From NCBI RefSeq assembly GCF_009914755.1, contig NC_060927.1: a DNA stretch of 64,000 bases; one strand, written 5' to 3'. Below the pieces are notes generated by a model. The model was not told the origin of the DNA, searched no databases, and saw only the letters and a list, made by a program, of their open reading frames with translations. The stretch is from the human T2T-CHM13v2.0 reference genome, Homo sapiens. Position 1 is the first letter of the stretch. The number at the start of each line of letters is the position of its first letter. Shown in pieces: positions 1-15,287 of the stretch. Position numbers and translations under genes: made by a program.

Positions 1-125
1 GGCTGGGGAGAAGATGTGAAAGGAGAGAGAGAGAGCGCGAGAGAGACAGAAGAGAAGAGGAGAGGGGAGGGGAGGGGAGGAGAGGAGAGACGGGGAAGAC
101 AGAGAGAGAGAGAGAGAGAGAAAGG
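1..125. repeat. (GA)n/(GGGGA)n polypurine tract
   Basis: Almost pure A/G run, with (GA)n blocks flanking GGGGA repeats. Confidence 0.95.
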
Positions 126-1874
126 AAATCAAGTTCTTATTATGTACATAACTTTCTCATTAATGGCTTCCATAAGTCACTGAGAGATTTCTTTGTGTTT
201 ATTTATTTATTTGGCTGCTTTGGAGCCATGAGTCCTTTTTTAAACCCGGGTTTATGTCTGTTCTAAAAAATGAGGACAGATCGAGTTATTGCCATGCGGG
301 TGGCTCTCCAAGCATTCCAGTTGCATAGCTCTTCCAGAAATATTTCTTGACGCACTTATTTAGCACTTTCTATTGCCGTTACTGAGCAGATTACAGAATC
401 CTCCCGGCCCTTTCACCAAACCCGTCTAGAGCTGGTATGGATCTACTTGTGCCTATCTGGCAGATAGAAAGATAGAGGAATGGGAAGGTGAAGTCCATTG
501 TTACTCATGAAGGATTTTGACCAGTAACCTCAGAAGAGTCAGAAGAAGAGAAAAAGCATGTGCTCTCCTCTTTCCTGCTTTGCTTTTCTGCTTCCAAGTC
601 CCTCCTCCAAGCAGGAAGATCTTTCCTGAGCAGCAGCGTACCTGGGTGTGAGAACCCAGAGGGAGTGTGGTGGAGAGACGTGAAGGGGTCAGTTCCTGGA
701 ACATTCTGTTCCCTCTAGCTCCCATGATCATTGACTTCTTGCCTCTCAAGTCCTTCTAGGGATCTCCAGGCTTTTGAGAGGCTCAGCTGACCTCGCTCAC
801 TGCTGTGCATGCTCTCTGGAGCTTTCTTGTCCTCTTTTGGTTGTTTCTTACTAGCCCCTCATTCCCAGGACTTTTTCTGAGGAATCTCTGTTAGTTCAGG
901 TAATAACTGGCTGTGAAACCTACAATAGTAAGTTCTTTGGATGTCGGTGTTTTCAGATGTTTCTTCTTCATGGAAACTCTTTATAAATCCCTCACAAAAT
1001 GGGATGTCAAATCTCAATATGTAAAATAATCAAAGTGCAGTTAAATGGTGGTGCTGTTGTTAAAAGGTGGAAGATCTCATAGGCTTCTAGCCAGGGCCGA
1101 GTTATCTCCCCAGAAGAGCTCTGTGCCTCTGTGGACCCACTTAGTAAGCCATTGTACTGGAGTTGCTTTAAGGCTCCCTACAGCCCTGATGACCTGTGCT
1201 CAGCATTCTTTCAGCTTTCTGCCTCTTTGTATATCTTTCAAGCTTGAGAAAGATCCTCTATAGATCAGGAAGATGTGTCCAGTAAGAGATTTGACCTTTG
1301 CTGGTTTCTTGACATGGGCTTTGATGAAACCCTTTTAGCATGCTCACTTTAGATGATTCTTCTCAAGGGGGATGTCAGCCCCAGGACCCCCCAGACCTCC
1401 ATCCCTAAACCCGGGCTTGCGTGTCTGGCAACCCAGGGCCAGCACTTCGTTCTTACACTCAGCTGAGTGGTAGTCCTGCCACCATTGCTGTGGCTCTGGG
1501 ACTATAGCCTCTGCCTTAGGAACACTTATGAGAGGAATCGATGGAATTCCAACTATTTTTAAGGATTTTTTTTTTTTTTTTTTTTTTTGCTGAGTTTGCA
1601 TTGCAAAAGGAAGGTAGAGCACGGGCCATCTCTCCCTCCTCCACTTATATTTATTCTGCACCTACCTGCACGTGACACTCTGCTATTCTTCAGAGAAGGT
1701 TCTGACCTTTGTGACCACGCTTTACATTTTCACATTGCAAGGCAATTTCTAAAGAGCTTTTCCCAGCTAAGATCTCATTTGAGCCTCACAACAACTCTGG
1801 GGCAAAGGAGACTGTAAAACAAACAAAAACAAAAACAAAAAAAACAAAAACACAAAACCAAAACAAAAAACAAC

Positions 1875-2208
1875 CCCCAAAAACCTTAGACAAATCTAAT
1901 TCCACAGTTTAATTAAGCAAAGAACAATTCGTGAATTGGGCAGGCCCCAAACCAGATAATCTGGCACTGCCATTTGGTTGAAGAACATTTGTGGACAGAA
2001 CAAAGAAGGTGACGGACAGAAAACACAAGTGAGGTACAGAAACAGCTGGACTGGTTACAGCTTGGTGTTTTCCTTATTTGAATAGGTTTGAACAGTTGGC
2101 TGTCTTTGATTGGCTGAAACTCTGTGAATGGTACAAGAGTAGGTTGCATCCTGTTTACACATCCTGTTAGGACGGAGGAGGCAGCTTTAGGCTAAACGTA
2201 ATTTAACA
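1875..2208 (-). mobile_element. ERV1 LTR, MER57B-like, with an internal deletion
   Basis: GAGGCAGCTTTAGGCTAAACGTAATTTAACA terminus and GGTTACAGC..CCTTATTTGAA..GGTTTGAACAG..GATTGGC core match the MER57-group LTR reverse strand. Confidence 0.75.
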
Positions 2209-2349
2209 AGATTCAATGAGATTATACCTGTACGCCCAAGTTCACAGTTAGGTAGAGAAGGATTGTGGGGATTTGAAGCTTAGGCTTACTGACTTACGCC
2301 ATTGTGCCATATCATTCATTCTCCTCGTGGCAGGAATAATGAATGAATA

Positions 2350-2570
2350 TTCTATTAACAGGTACTACCTATTAACCGCTTACATATATTTCAAATGTTA
2401 CTAGGTAGATACTTTTTACAGGCCTATTTCATCTTCTCAACAACCCTATAAGGTAGAAATTATTATGTCCAGTTTGTTGATGAATGGCTAGAAATATAGA
2501 GAAGATAAATAACTTGCTCAAGGTTATACTTCACAGAATTGATGGACCTCGAATTCTAATTAAGATTGCT
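2350..2570 (-). mobile_element. MIR SINE
   Basis: ACAACCCTATAAGGTAG..ATTATG..AACTTGCTCAAGGT is the reverse complement of the MIR core. Confidence 0.75.
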
Positions 2571-3120
2571 GCCTCCAGGGGTCTATCAGTATAGGATGTG
2601 ATCTTTACCCATCCTGAGTCCTAGGAGATATAAAACATGCTGTTGAAATAACAAAGCTGGTTTGTGGGTGATCATATACTATAGTAAATACGACATACTG
2701 TTAAGGGTTAATAGGTGGCTGTTTTCTGTGTTTGTTCCTGGAGATCGTAATATCTTTATGCTGTTCCTTCTACTTCCTTTTTCAATTTTATGAGCTCCAT
2801 GTTGAAATTATGAGTCCTTAACCCTATTGAACTGTGTGCCATTGGGCAAGTTGTTTCTATTTCTGGGGTATTGATTTCCCCGTCTCAAAATAAATATCTT
2901 TTCCTGCTCCGATCATTCTTTCCTTTTAAGTATTACCTGGCTGGTGAATGTTTATATTGAATTCTCTTTGTACAATTCCTTTCAACAATATTGCTTGGAA
3001 TTATAAAAACTTAATAATTGTTTTAAATTGAAATGACAATTGCAGGTTATCCTTGCTTTCAAAAAGATTTTGTTTCTGAAATGTAGCTTGTTAAAAGTTT
3101 GGAAATAAAGCATCACATGA

Positions 3121-3566
<446 letters not shown>

Positions 3567-3568
3567 TA

Positions 3569-3760
3569 GGGTATGATTCTATTTATTTGAAGTTCCAGAA
3601 AAAGCAAAACTAATCTGTGGTAATAGAAAATCAGAGTATAGTGGTTGTTCGCAGGAAAGAGGTGGTATGAGATTGCCTGAGAATAGGCAAAAGAGAACTT
3701 TTCAGAGTGACAAAAGTATTCTGCATCTTTGATAGGAGCACGGATTACTTAGATGCTTTC
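3569..3760 (+). mobile_element. Old L1M (L1MC/MD/ME) 3' UTR fragment
   Basis: TATGATTCTATTTAT..GAAGTTC..GCAAAACTAATCTGTGGTAATAGAAAATCAGAGTA..GTGGTTG motif. Confidence 0.7.
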
Positions 3761-6700
3761 CTTTTTCTCAACTGGCCTAAGTTTCTTTTTCTTTCTAATG
3801 CTTGTATAAGAACAACCTTCGTTCCCAAACACACAGACGTGTGTGTGTGGACACACACACACACACAAACAATTCTTCAGAAAGAAAGCCTCTTACGTGT
3901 GTTAAACTTGCCACTTTTTTCTCAAAATGTGCTTTGTATTTCTTTGGGTGAGCAAAAGAAGAATCTTCCTCTTCTCAAGTTCAGAGTTTGAATCAATTCT
4001 TCCTGTCTTTTGCATTTCAGTAAATGTTTCCTAGATGGATTCATCGGTTTTCCAGTAAAGACAAACAGCTCAGAAGCCAGATTACATTCATACCCAAGGC
4101 CTGAGTTCTGTGACCCAGGCATCAGAGCTCAGTGCCATATATGGCGAAAAGAGGAACAGGAGCAGGAGTGGAGGGAGAATGCCAGACATGCAATGCATTC
4201 CTCAGAAATGTGCATTCATAACTGGCAAAACAGGACCCTTGCTGGTTTCCATCTTATGCAGAACATGAACTGTGAAGTTTTGAGAAAGAAGCTAATGTTC
4301 CAAGCATCTGCCACAGGGAACAGTTTATTTTCCCTTTTCTTTTTGGTCACATGTCGGTTTAATTTGGAGTCAGTGTTTAAGTCAATGCTGGCATGGGGTG
4401 AAGACTAAGAAATTGTTCTTGCAGTCAGCAGACATGGGTTCTCAGCCCAACTCCACTGCCACCCAGCTGCAAAACTCTCCTTGGCTTGTTTTTAATCAAT
4501 GGCAAAGTAGCAGGGTTGAATTTGATGATCTTCGAGATTTCTACTATTTCTGTTTTCTTTGGTTCTAATTTTGCCCGAGATTTTCCAGTTCCTGTGGAAT
4601 TCCCCAGTGAAAGCATTTTCTAATTCTTCCAAATACTTTTTGTGGCTTGAACTTAAAAAGACAAAAACAAAAATCCCAGTCTTGAATTTTTCTTTGTGAT
4701 TTCCTGAAGTATGTTTTGGATGCATTATGAATCTTCAATTGACAGATTATTTCTTGCTCGGGGTAGAGAAGAATGCATTTCCTGCATCTTCATGGTCTTC
4801 TTTCACTTGCCCCTCTTATTGTTGGAGAAGAAATGTAGGTATGTTCAACACATAGTTGCAGGGACAGCTGTGCACTAAGCAAATGCAGACTTTTAATGAC
4901 CTTGATAGTTGTCTGCTTCTCTCATGCATTGAAGCCTTTTCTGTGGAAGAAGTGGGAGCAGCAGAAGGCAGATTCCACAGCTTCCTCACACCTCAAGAGA
5001 CGGAATTAGGGATGTGAGACTGAGGTGTTGGTTTCCCAGTCAGTAATCGGATGAGACACTTTGCTGTCACAGATGTTAAGAAGGTTAACAAGAAATAGAA
5101 TTGTAAAACTCTGGCCCTAAGGTGGACTACGGTCACTTTCACTTTGAGATAAGGCATGATTTTAAATGCTCCTATTGGTCTTTATGGGTTCTGTAGTCTA
5201 TTTTCAACAGACTAAAATTGTCTTGTTGCAAAAGTTTGCAATTTTCTGCTTCTTTGGGAGAGGGTTCAAACCAAAGTTGTCCTCTTCCCTTTCTCTTCTG
5301 AAAGGATGACGTTAGTTTCTCAGCTGAAATAAAGGAAGGAGGAAGTTTCCATTGGGTCTTAGGAAAATATTCCAGCATTGGGCTTTAATGGCAGCTGATG
5401 TCCCAAACTTGTGCACAATGGCTCCGAGAAGGCCATAGTGGTTTAAGAGGCACCCATAATAGTCCCTTTTATTCATGCTGAGAATGAAGAACCAGGGGCA
5501 ACACTAAAGAAACCTGCACTTGGCTTTTCCTTGCTGCTTGTGGTCCCTTTCCTGGAAGCTGCTATAACACAGCCACCAAGTCCTGGGAGGAAGAGAAGGA
5601 GGGGATTAATTCTTATGATGCAGGGGGATGGCTCCAGAGAGAGTGGAAGCAAAGACATCTGTGTTCTGATGACAGCTGTGCCACGAGTTTGCTCTGTGAC
5701 TTGGTCAAGATGCTTTGCAATTTGAGGCCTTCATTTCTCCGTCTGGCAAGTGGACATGCTAGTGGACCTTGAAGGCCTCTTCTAGCTCTTAAAAGCATGA
5801 ATTTAATATATTTCCAGATTGTCTGTTTATGTTTCCTATTGCATGTACTTGGTATGCCCGGTGACACTGAGCTCATCAACTTGTAAAAAGACCGTGCCAT
5901 TATCTTCTTTAACGGCAAACAGAACAAAAACAGAATCCTCTTTGTGGGTGCCTGCTCACCGTAATATTAGGACCAAATTCTTTTGTGTAACATTCACCTC
6001 CTTTCCCAGTCTAGTTCCACCTAACGGTTCTAGTTTTTGGGAAGCGTTTGCTTCCATGTGTGACATTCATCTTTACTTTGAGCTCTCTGTGAGCCTTTTG
6101 CTACTGCAGAGGTATGTGTCTGTTGAAAGAGAGGAAGCTGTACACGATGACACGGCAGAGTCATTGGGTCAGGAGTGGTGTTGAGAAGAATGAATCAGGA
6201 TGCTGGGGTTCTGTGATAGACTCTACAAATAGTTTACAAGAAGATTTAGGGACAGTAAGCACAATACATCTTTTGCTTCAGTCAAAAGCATAAATTTTAA
6301 TGGTTACAAATGCCTGGTGCTATTATGAGAAAACCACAGGAAAGACCATTATATAAACAGTAATAATTTGTTGACTATGACTAATCCTTTGGGGAGTATG
6401 ATATGTGACATAGGCGTATAAGGGCTTTATGTAGACTAACCCCTTTAACACCTATTAACTTGTTAGACCCTGCTAATGGGTCCACGAGGGTGGCAGGCTA
6501 AGGAATGCTACCCTCTATTTACTAACGAGCAAAGCGATGCTGAAATACAGTGAAGAAGCTGTCCAGTGTCACATGGTGAAGAGATGGCATAACAGAGACT
6601 CGTTCAGTGCTTTTATGCCTGCGTCGTGTTTTCTGCCTTTCCAGGCTTCAGCCTACCCAGTAAAGCAGGATAAAAACACACAATAACTGCCCCCACCACC

Positions 6701-7120
6701 CACAGCCAGAAGATGGTAGAGGATGGGATTGAATTAGTCATGAATCATGTGAACCATAGTATTTGGTGAATCAGTCTTGGTAATTGGTGGGGTGATATGT
6801 CAGTCAGTTTACTTTCACAACTGAATTATCAACTAGGGCACCACGATGGAAAACAGAATTGAGGATTTCTACTTTCTTATTATTCATTTGTACGTGTGTA
6901 CTTTCACTTATTTAAGGCAATGAAGAACTAATAATACCTAATATGGTGCCAGGCTTTGTAGTAGATGCTGACCTGTAGAAGTGAACCATAAACCCTAAGC
7001 CAAGGGCTATAAAATACTTTAAAATTCATGTAGAATCCTCTCTCAATCTTACCCCCCTTTCATTTTTCAGTGTGTTCTCTGATACTTTTGTACTTTTGCC
7101 AGGTGATAAGTCCACCTTGA

Positions 7121-7443
<323 letters not shown>

Positions 7444-7914
7444 GTCTATTTTATATCTTATAGTAAAGGATGGTTGCCTCAAAGGCTGTAAACGTCAATG
7501 TTTAGAGATATATATGAAATTATTTGTAACTTCCTTCAATAGTAACTTTCAAATGCCACCCTTACATGGCTTTATGAAAAGTAAACCCTTCTCTTAAATG
7601 TCTGCTTTTTTCTTAGAGTAAGTTTCTTGTGTTGGCTTTCTTTTCTCTCTTCTCTTTATCAGTGAATTCATTTATTCTAAATTTTTTTCTGATGTAGTTT
7701 GGGACTTCCTAACTTAACAATGGAAATTGAAAATTGGAGAAGCTCATTCTGTATTCTTTCCTTTTTATTCCATTTTTGATACTGGATTATGTCTGTATAA
7801 TTGCTCAAATTGTGAGTCATGTAGGAACATGCTCTGTGTTTCTGCACATGATATTTAAAACCTATTTATGCTTTCTTAACCACAAAGGGGACCATAAAAG
7901 TCCTGTCAAATAGT

Positions 7915-8040
7915 CCCAGACTGTAAATTCCTTGAGGTCAAGAGCTGTGTCAAATTTATTTTTGTACCTCTTTCTGCTACAGCTCCCAGCCCCTAGCCCA
8001 GTGCCAGGTAGCTCTGGCAAATGAGAGTGGGATTGAATTG
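7915..8040 (+). mobile_element. L2 3' end
   Basis: AGACTGTAAATTCCTTGAGG..CCCTAGCCCAGTGCC..TGAATTG. Confidence 0.65.
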
Positions 8041-8901
8041 GATTTCTCGTTCTGACCACTCTCTTGGTGCCTTTATCAACTTGTCCACCCCATTGGGAGG
8101 AGGGGCATGGACCTGTCAAGTGTGATGAATTGGTAGATCATGGAGTTTTCCATCCTCCACTAGAACTTTAGCTGTGTTTAGACTTCAGAATGCTGAGTAA
8201 CTAATAAAAAACGATTCCAAAGCACTCTGCAGATAGAAAGTGCTTCATGTGTAATAAATAATAATAGCCTCTTAAGATTAGGCACAGCCACACAAAGAAG
8301 TGCCAGTCTTGCAGGCCGCAAGAATTCCTGATAGACCTTATGGTTAGAGTGGATTGGTTGAGACTGACCCTTGTCACTGTTTTGTAATAAGCAGTTTCAC
8401 CTCCAAGTTACCACGTATTTTCCATTATGGGAAAAGGGTAGTTTCTGAACTATCTAGGAATTAATCCTTCCAATTATCGTTAGGAGTCTGACTGAAGGAA
8501 CACCATGAAAATTGACAGTCAAGCTTTCTAGGTAAGCCTAATTCAGTGCTTAAATTTAGTTCTAAATCCTGTCCCCTTCTCCAACTGTTATTTCTTTAAA
8601 GGAATCAGCAGTCACCTCTATTTTAGTTCTACAGCATGTGGTGGTCTTAAGAGGTGGAAACTGGCACCTTTTCCCAAAGGAGAGACTGGAATGGCCAGAG
8701 CCCATCCTGACTTTGGGTCATCACTTTCAGATTAAAACATAACTGTACAGAGTACATTTCCCTTGATTCTCTGTTTCCACAGAGAGGCTTTTCTGCTTTA
8801 GGGTTTCATTGATGGGATGACTTCTTTTCCTTTGTCCTAGAGTGCGGGTCAATCTAATTCAAGTTTGGTGAATAAATGGAGCCATAAACTGTGTTACCCA
8901 C

Positions 8902-9073
8902 TTTATTTATTTATTTATTTACAAATGAGGTCTCCCCTCCCTCTGTTGCCCAGCCTGGAGTACAGTGGTGTGATCATAGCTCATCTCAGCCTGGAACTCC
9001 TGGGCTCAAGCAATTCTGCCGTATCAGTCCCCTGAGTAGCTGGGACGGTGGGTGTGCACCACTGTGCCTGGCT
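8902..9073 (-). mobile_element. FRAM/AluJ right monomer
   Basis: Single diverged monomer with a (TTTA)n tail and GATCATAGCTCA..CTCCTGGGCTCAAG. Confidence 0.85.
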
Positions 9074-9165
9074 CTCCACCTTATTAAAGTGAGTTAAGAG
9101 AAGCATAAACAGTGTTTTGCTATTCTTCTTGGTAACTTTAAATGATGCTTTCTTCTCAGCAATGA

Positions 9166-9590
<425 letters not shown>

Positions 9591-10010
9591 GACTGAACAG
9601 AAGTGTGACTTTAAAAAATGATTTGGCAAAAGTATGCTTTAAATAAATAAACACAGCAAACAAAAAACACAACAGCTCTTTCATTCTGTCCTTTCCTCTA
9701 TTCTTTCTCTTGTCTCCCATTTTTGTCCTGTGTGTAACCTGACTCCACACCTTTTATTCTCTCACTCTGCTTATCAACACAGCCATACTTGCTTCTCAGG
9801 CTCTTCTGTGTCTCTTTGTTGTGTCTGCTGTGCTTCATCATGTGGCGATGAAGTAGATGAAGGTTGTTGGTGGCCGGACCCCAACTTCGTATTCCTTCTT
9901 AGCTAGTTCCTTGATTGATCTCCAGACATGGAGTGGCAGGTAGGTGCTCTTGTTGTAAGTCACAGAACCTGGAGGAAAGAGTGGTTCGTGGCCCTGGGGC
10001 CTCTGGGGGC

Positions 10011-10218
10011 TGATGCTTGGATATTTGTTTAGATATTTGTTTGGATATTTGTCCCCGTCCAAATCTCATGTTGAATTCTAATCCTCAGTGCTGGAGGTGG
10101 AGTCTGGTGGGAGGTGTTGGGGCGGATCCCTCATGACTTGGTGATGTCTTTGTGATAGTGAATTCTTGTGAAATCTTGTCATTTAAAAGTGTGTGGCACC
10201 CCCCACCCTCCAACTCTG

Positions 10219-10277
<59 letters not shown>

Positions 10278-10821
10278 GTCCTCCTCTCCTGCTGTTGCCA
10301 TGTGAAGTGCCTGCTCCCTTTTGACTTCTGCCACGTTGGGAAGCTTCCTGAGCCTCCACAGAAGGAGATGCTGCTATGTTTCCTCTATAGCCTGTAGAAC
10401 TGTGAGCCAATAATTCAACAACTCAACCACTTCTTTTCTTTTCTTTTTTTTTTTTTTTTTTTTTTTTTGGAGAGACAGGTCTTACTCTGATGCCCAGGCT
10501 GGAGTATAGTGGCATGATCTTAGCTGACTGCAACCTCTGCTTCCTGGGTTCAAGTGATTCTCCTGCCTCAGGCTCCTGAGTGGCTGGACTTATAGGCACG
10601 TACCACCATGCTCAGCTAATTTTTGCATTTTTAGTAGAGATGGGGTTTTGCCCCTTTGGCCAGGCTGGTCTCGAACTCCTGACCTCAAGTGATCCACCCG
10701 CCTCCACCTCACAACGTGCTGGGATTACAGGCATGAGCCACCTCACCTGGCCAACCTCTTTTCTTTTAAATTACCCAATCTCGGGTATTTCTTTATAGCA
10801 GGGCAAGAATGGTTTAATACA
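10011..10821 (+). mobile_element. MaLR MST (MSTA/B) solo LTR, interrupted by an Alu
   Basis: TG...CA termini, 5-bp TSD GGGGC (10006-10010, 10822-10826), CAAATCTCATGTTGAATT, GAACTGTGAGCCAAT and TATTTCTTTATAGCA. Confidence 0.9.
10432..10752 (-). mobile_element. AluS inside the MST LTR
   Basis: Full Alu with a long T tail and TCTTTTCTTTT-containing flanks. Confidence 0.95.
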
Positions 10822-11609
10822 GGGGCCCATCCAGCAGCACTGCATTACCAGGATTCTGCTGAAGAAATGGACGTGGCCCCAAAAGCCATAGCCTGGCTGC
10901 CAGGTGCCCCAGAGTATTGTCAACTCAGAGGAACATCTCTCAGGAAATATTCCTTGATTCTCTCTTCTCTATTAGTTTTTTAAATGCTTCTATCCCAGAG
11001 GAGGTGCTCAGTAAATTTTAGTTTCTTTCCTTTTCCGGAAAGTCTCATGACTCTTTATCTGAGTTTGACTTAAGAGAACTTACTTAATAATAATTAATAA
11101 TAAAGAATAAAACCTGCTAATAATAAGATTTAATAGAACTTTCTGTTTAATTCCATGGTTATTATACCCATTTCTTAATCTCTCTAAGAGACATGGACTG
11201 TGTTAAAGTGTGTTTATGAACTGGTGGTCGAGGGTGCATTTCCCTCCTAAGAAAACTCATTCCTTGTTATGGGATAAGGTTCTTGGAGCTACATTTAACA
11301 CTCAGTCCTAGACTTCAGTGGCTCAAATGCCGAGACATGACCTCCATATTGACCACACGGTTGATCATGCTGACCACAGATTTCTGCTAAAGCTTGAGGT
11401 GCCTGACCATCCCTGGCTATTGTCATTCGCCCTAAACTAGCTGTTTGGGAATGGGGCCAGTGATGACCCTTTAGTAGAGATAAGGCAGAGCTTGTGGAGG
11501 AAAAATCATTTATTCTCCATTCCCATGATTTAGCCCTCTAACTTCATGCATTTCTTTTTGCCCTTTTTCTTGTGCTGGATTTTAGCCCCCAGCCTCTCTT
11601 TCGATCATG

Positions 11610-11835
11610 ATAATTTGCATTTATTACACACGTACTATGTTCCAGGCACTGGGTAAATTGCTTTCTATTGTTCATTTCATTTAATCCTCAAAGCCAGCCT
11701 ATGCAGTAGATACTAGTGATCCATATTGGATGGATGAGGTATGGATGGATTAGAAAGGTTTATGTAGCTTACCCAATGTGGCACAACTTGTAATGGCAGG
11801 GTCAGACTTAGAAACTAAATCTCTCCAATACTAGC
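11610..11835 (-). mobile_element. MIR
   Basis: TACTATGTTCCAGGCACTG..TCATTTAATCCTCA..CTTACCCAATGTGGCACAAC. Confidence 0.8.
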
Positions 11836-12759
11836 TTTTGATTTTATTTTTACCCTACTCACCCCTGATATTCGTCCCCTGGCCTTTTCTGCTTACCTGG
11901 CTTGGAGCAAGTCCTCATCTGCCAAAGACTATGTAGGTGGTTGGAAGGAGTGCTCTGTCCTCACCTCTTCCTCCCATGGCACCTGCAGCCAGAGACCTGC
12001 TGTGTGTGCTATATACTCTTCTGACCTCTCTGATTCTGAATCGACTCTCAAGGCTGAATTGGCTGACATGCATCTTCTAGTGGATTCATTGTTTTTCATG
12101 GTTTACTTGGTTTATGACAAGCTAGGGACAGCTTGACATTTGCTTTCCCGTCAGTGGTCTGGGGACGTGCACAGAGCTGCTTGTTTCAGATCTCCTCTCG
12201 GTGTTTCTCTACACTTAGTGAAGACTATATAACCATGGCTCTATTATAATACAATACGTTATAATAAGATCTAGGGGCATTCTCGAGAACTTGGGAGCAA
12301 TCTAAGAAAGGAGAGTGAGGTTGGAGAGAGGCGTGTCCTTTGCATCTTCTGGTAGATGATGGTGGAGGCTGTGTAATAACACGCCAAAGCCTAGCCCACT
12401 TGAAAGCATCACGCTCTCCAGGGAACTGCCTCAGCCTGGGGCACTTATATTATCCATGCTTAGCATTTTTGTATTACTTTACATTTGTGAACTGCTTTCC
12501 CATGATTTATTAGCTGTTCTTGTTTTTAATAGCCCCTGGAGGTACATTGATATTCAGGCTTCTGAGAATGTAAATGCACAGGGAACGTTCATCTCATCAG
12601 ATATTTTTGGATCTGGGTTCAGGACTCTGACCTCCTGGGATGAGGCCATTTGGGGTCACTGCCTCCCATGGATTAGTAGGAGATCAAGTGGACTTAACTT
12701 CAGCTCCTAAAGTCTCCAAGGCACAGCCATGGAATGACTGCAGCTATTTAAGGAAATGG

Positions 12760-12930
12760 CGTAGAAGCCATTATCCAAAGAGCTGGATTCCAGTCCTGAC
12801 TCTGCTGCTGACCAGCTTCACTGGCCTTGAGTAGTTGCTTTGCCTACCTATGCCTCAGACTCACCCTCTATAAAACAAAGGTAACCTCTCAAGTCCCTTT
12901 AGACCCCCCATTGTATTAAATATAATTCTG
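12760..12930 (+). mobile_element. MIR (MIRc/MIR3-like)
   Basis: CTGGATTCCAGTCCTGACTCTGC..GGCCTTGAG..GCCTCAG..CTATAAAA. Confidence 0.6.
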
Positions 12931-13319
12931 TGACTTTGGACTCCTTCTCTGGAACCCCTTGGGTAGCCAATGAATTATATGACAGGGAACATGGGTATAG
13001 ATATAACCCATTAGGGGACTTGAATTGAGAAGGTGCTCACCTTCCTTTCTCTAGGATTCAAGGACCAACTGACAATGATATGCTTTCAGATTCATTTTAA
13101 GAAGCACACAATCCTCATTCACTATAAAAGTAAGATAGCGAGTGGAGCTGTTAGAGGAAAGTCAGACTGGAGCCAAGACCATCATTTCTGTATCTTCTGG
13201 GTGTTGTAGAAAGTAATTAGCAGGCTTGATTATCTCACTGGTTCAACACACATTTTAGGGATGTGATGTAATGTGAGGAAACATTTAGTTGTCAGATTTT
13301 AGGGCTGTATCAAATTTAT

Positions 13320-13850
13320 TCTTGCAGGAAAAGTCTAGTTGTCCTGGCAACCTAAAATTGATTTCTTTTTGCTCTTGTCAGCTGAAACTGGTCCCCTTTG
13401 AATCATTCCTCTAATTTAATATAGAGAGCTGTGTGTCTCCACCTGGTGACCGAATCATTTTTAATGACAGGTAACTCCAGCAAATGGCTCCTCTTTCCTA
13501 CCTGAGCCAGAAGCTATAGTTTATTACTACCTTCACCCTGTGTTGTTCTCTTTGTGTTTATTTATTTGTCTGTGGAGTGAGGTGTGTAAGTAAAGTGGCA
13601 TTCAATTAATTAAGAGTTTAATCAGGCCTGTAGAGCAGTGATGTAATTGGCAGCCAATCACTGCCTTTCGTTTTCAGTGACCTCCTAGACATGAGTGGGA
13701 TTCGAATGGGCTCTGGAAGAGGGAGTCCTTTTGTGTGGATGTCTAGCATTTTTGTAACCCGAAGAGGGTGATGTAATGGCCCAGATGAAAGGAGAAAGCG
13801 GAGCTGCATGGCTGCTTTCTGCCTCTGTCAGTCATCTCTATCAAGGGGGT
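13320..13850. promoter_or_regulatory. Candidate developmental enhancer (unique, motif-dense)
   Basis: Repeat-free. RFX-like GTTGTCCTGGCAAC at 13338-13351, TGACAG at 13465, AATTAATTAA at ~13604, CCAAT at ~13655, and PBX-PREP/MEIS decamer CTGTCAGTCA at 13825-13834. Confidence 0.4.
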
Positions 13851-14314
13851 GGGTCATCTATGAAGGGTGGAATCGACATCATTAGGAAGAAATTGATGCC
13901 TATGACAATTGAAGAGGTTGTGAGAGAGCAATTTGCTTTCCTTAAATGGTTGCAAATTTCATGGACCACGAATGCCGCATCTCAGGATACAGAAGAGAAC
14001 TTCTGATGGGGAACGGCTACCAGTAATTTTGAGGAAACCCAGAAATCAGCAGAAATGCCAGAAAGTGAGGAGACGAGGAAATAGGTATTATCAAAAAAGT
14101 CCAGTGCCCATCCCCCACCCCGCCCCCAAACGAAACAGGTATCCAGAGTCTAGAATCTGCTGATTTCATTGTGATTCCAGTTGTCGACGGTCCTATGTAG
14201 ACAGGTGATTTGTGAGTCTTTGAAAGGAAGTAGTGTTCACCAAGAGCCAGAACAGGGTCTTAACCAGTTCCCGTTTTGTCTGGGTTAACCAACTGGTGGA
14301 TTAACACGATGACA

Positions 14315-14720
<406 letters not shown>

Positions 14721-14774
14721 ACTACTGTTTGTAGGAAGACATTTGAATTTAGTAAAGCACATAAAAGCCTTTTA

Positions 14775-15287
<513 letters not shown>

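Noticed and set aside
3828-3868. (GT)5-GG-(AC)n palindrome
   Set aside because: A trivial juxtaposition of complementary dinucleotide repeats.
4010-4408. 132-aa ORF in unique DNA
   Set aside because: Non-ATG start, no recognisable homology and no convincing splice context; the length is expected by chance.
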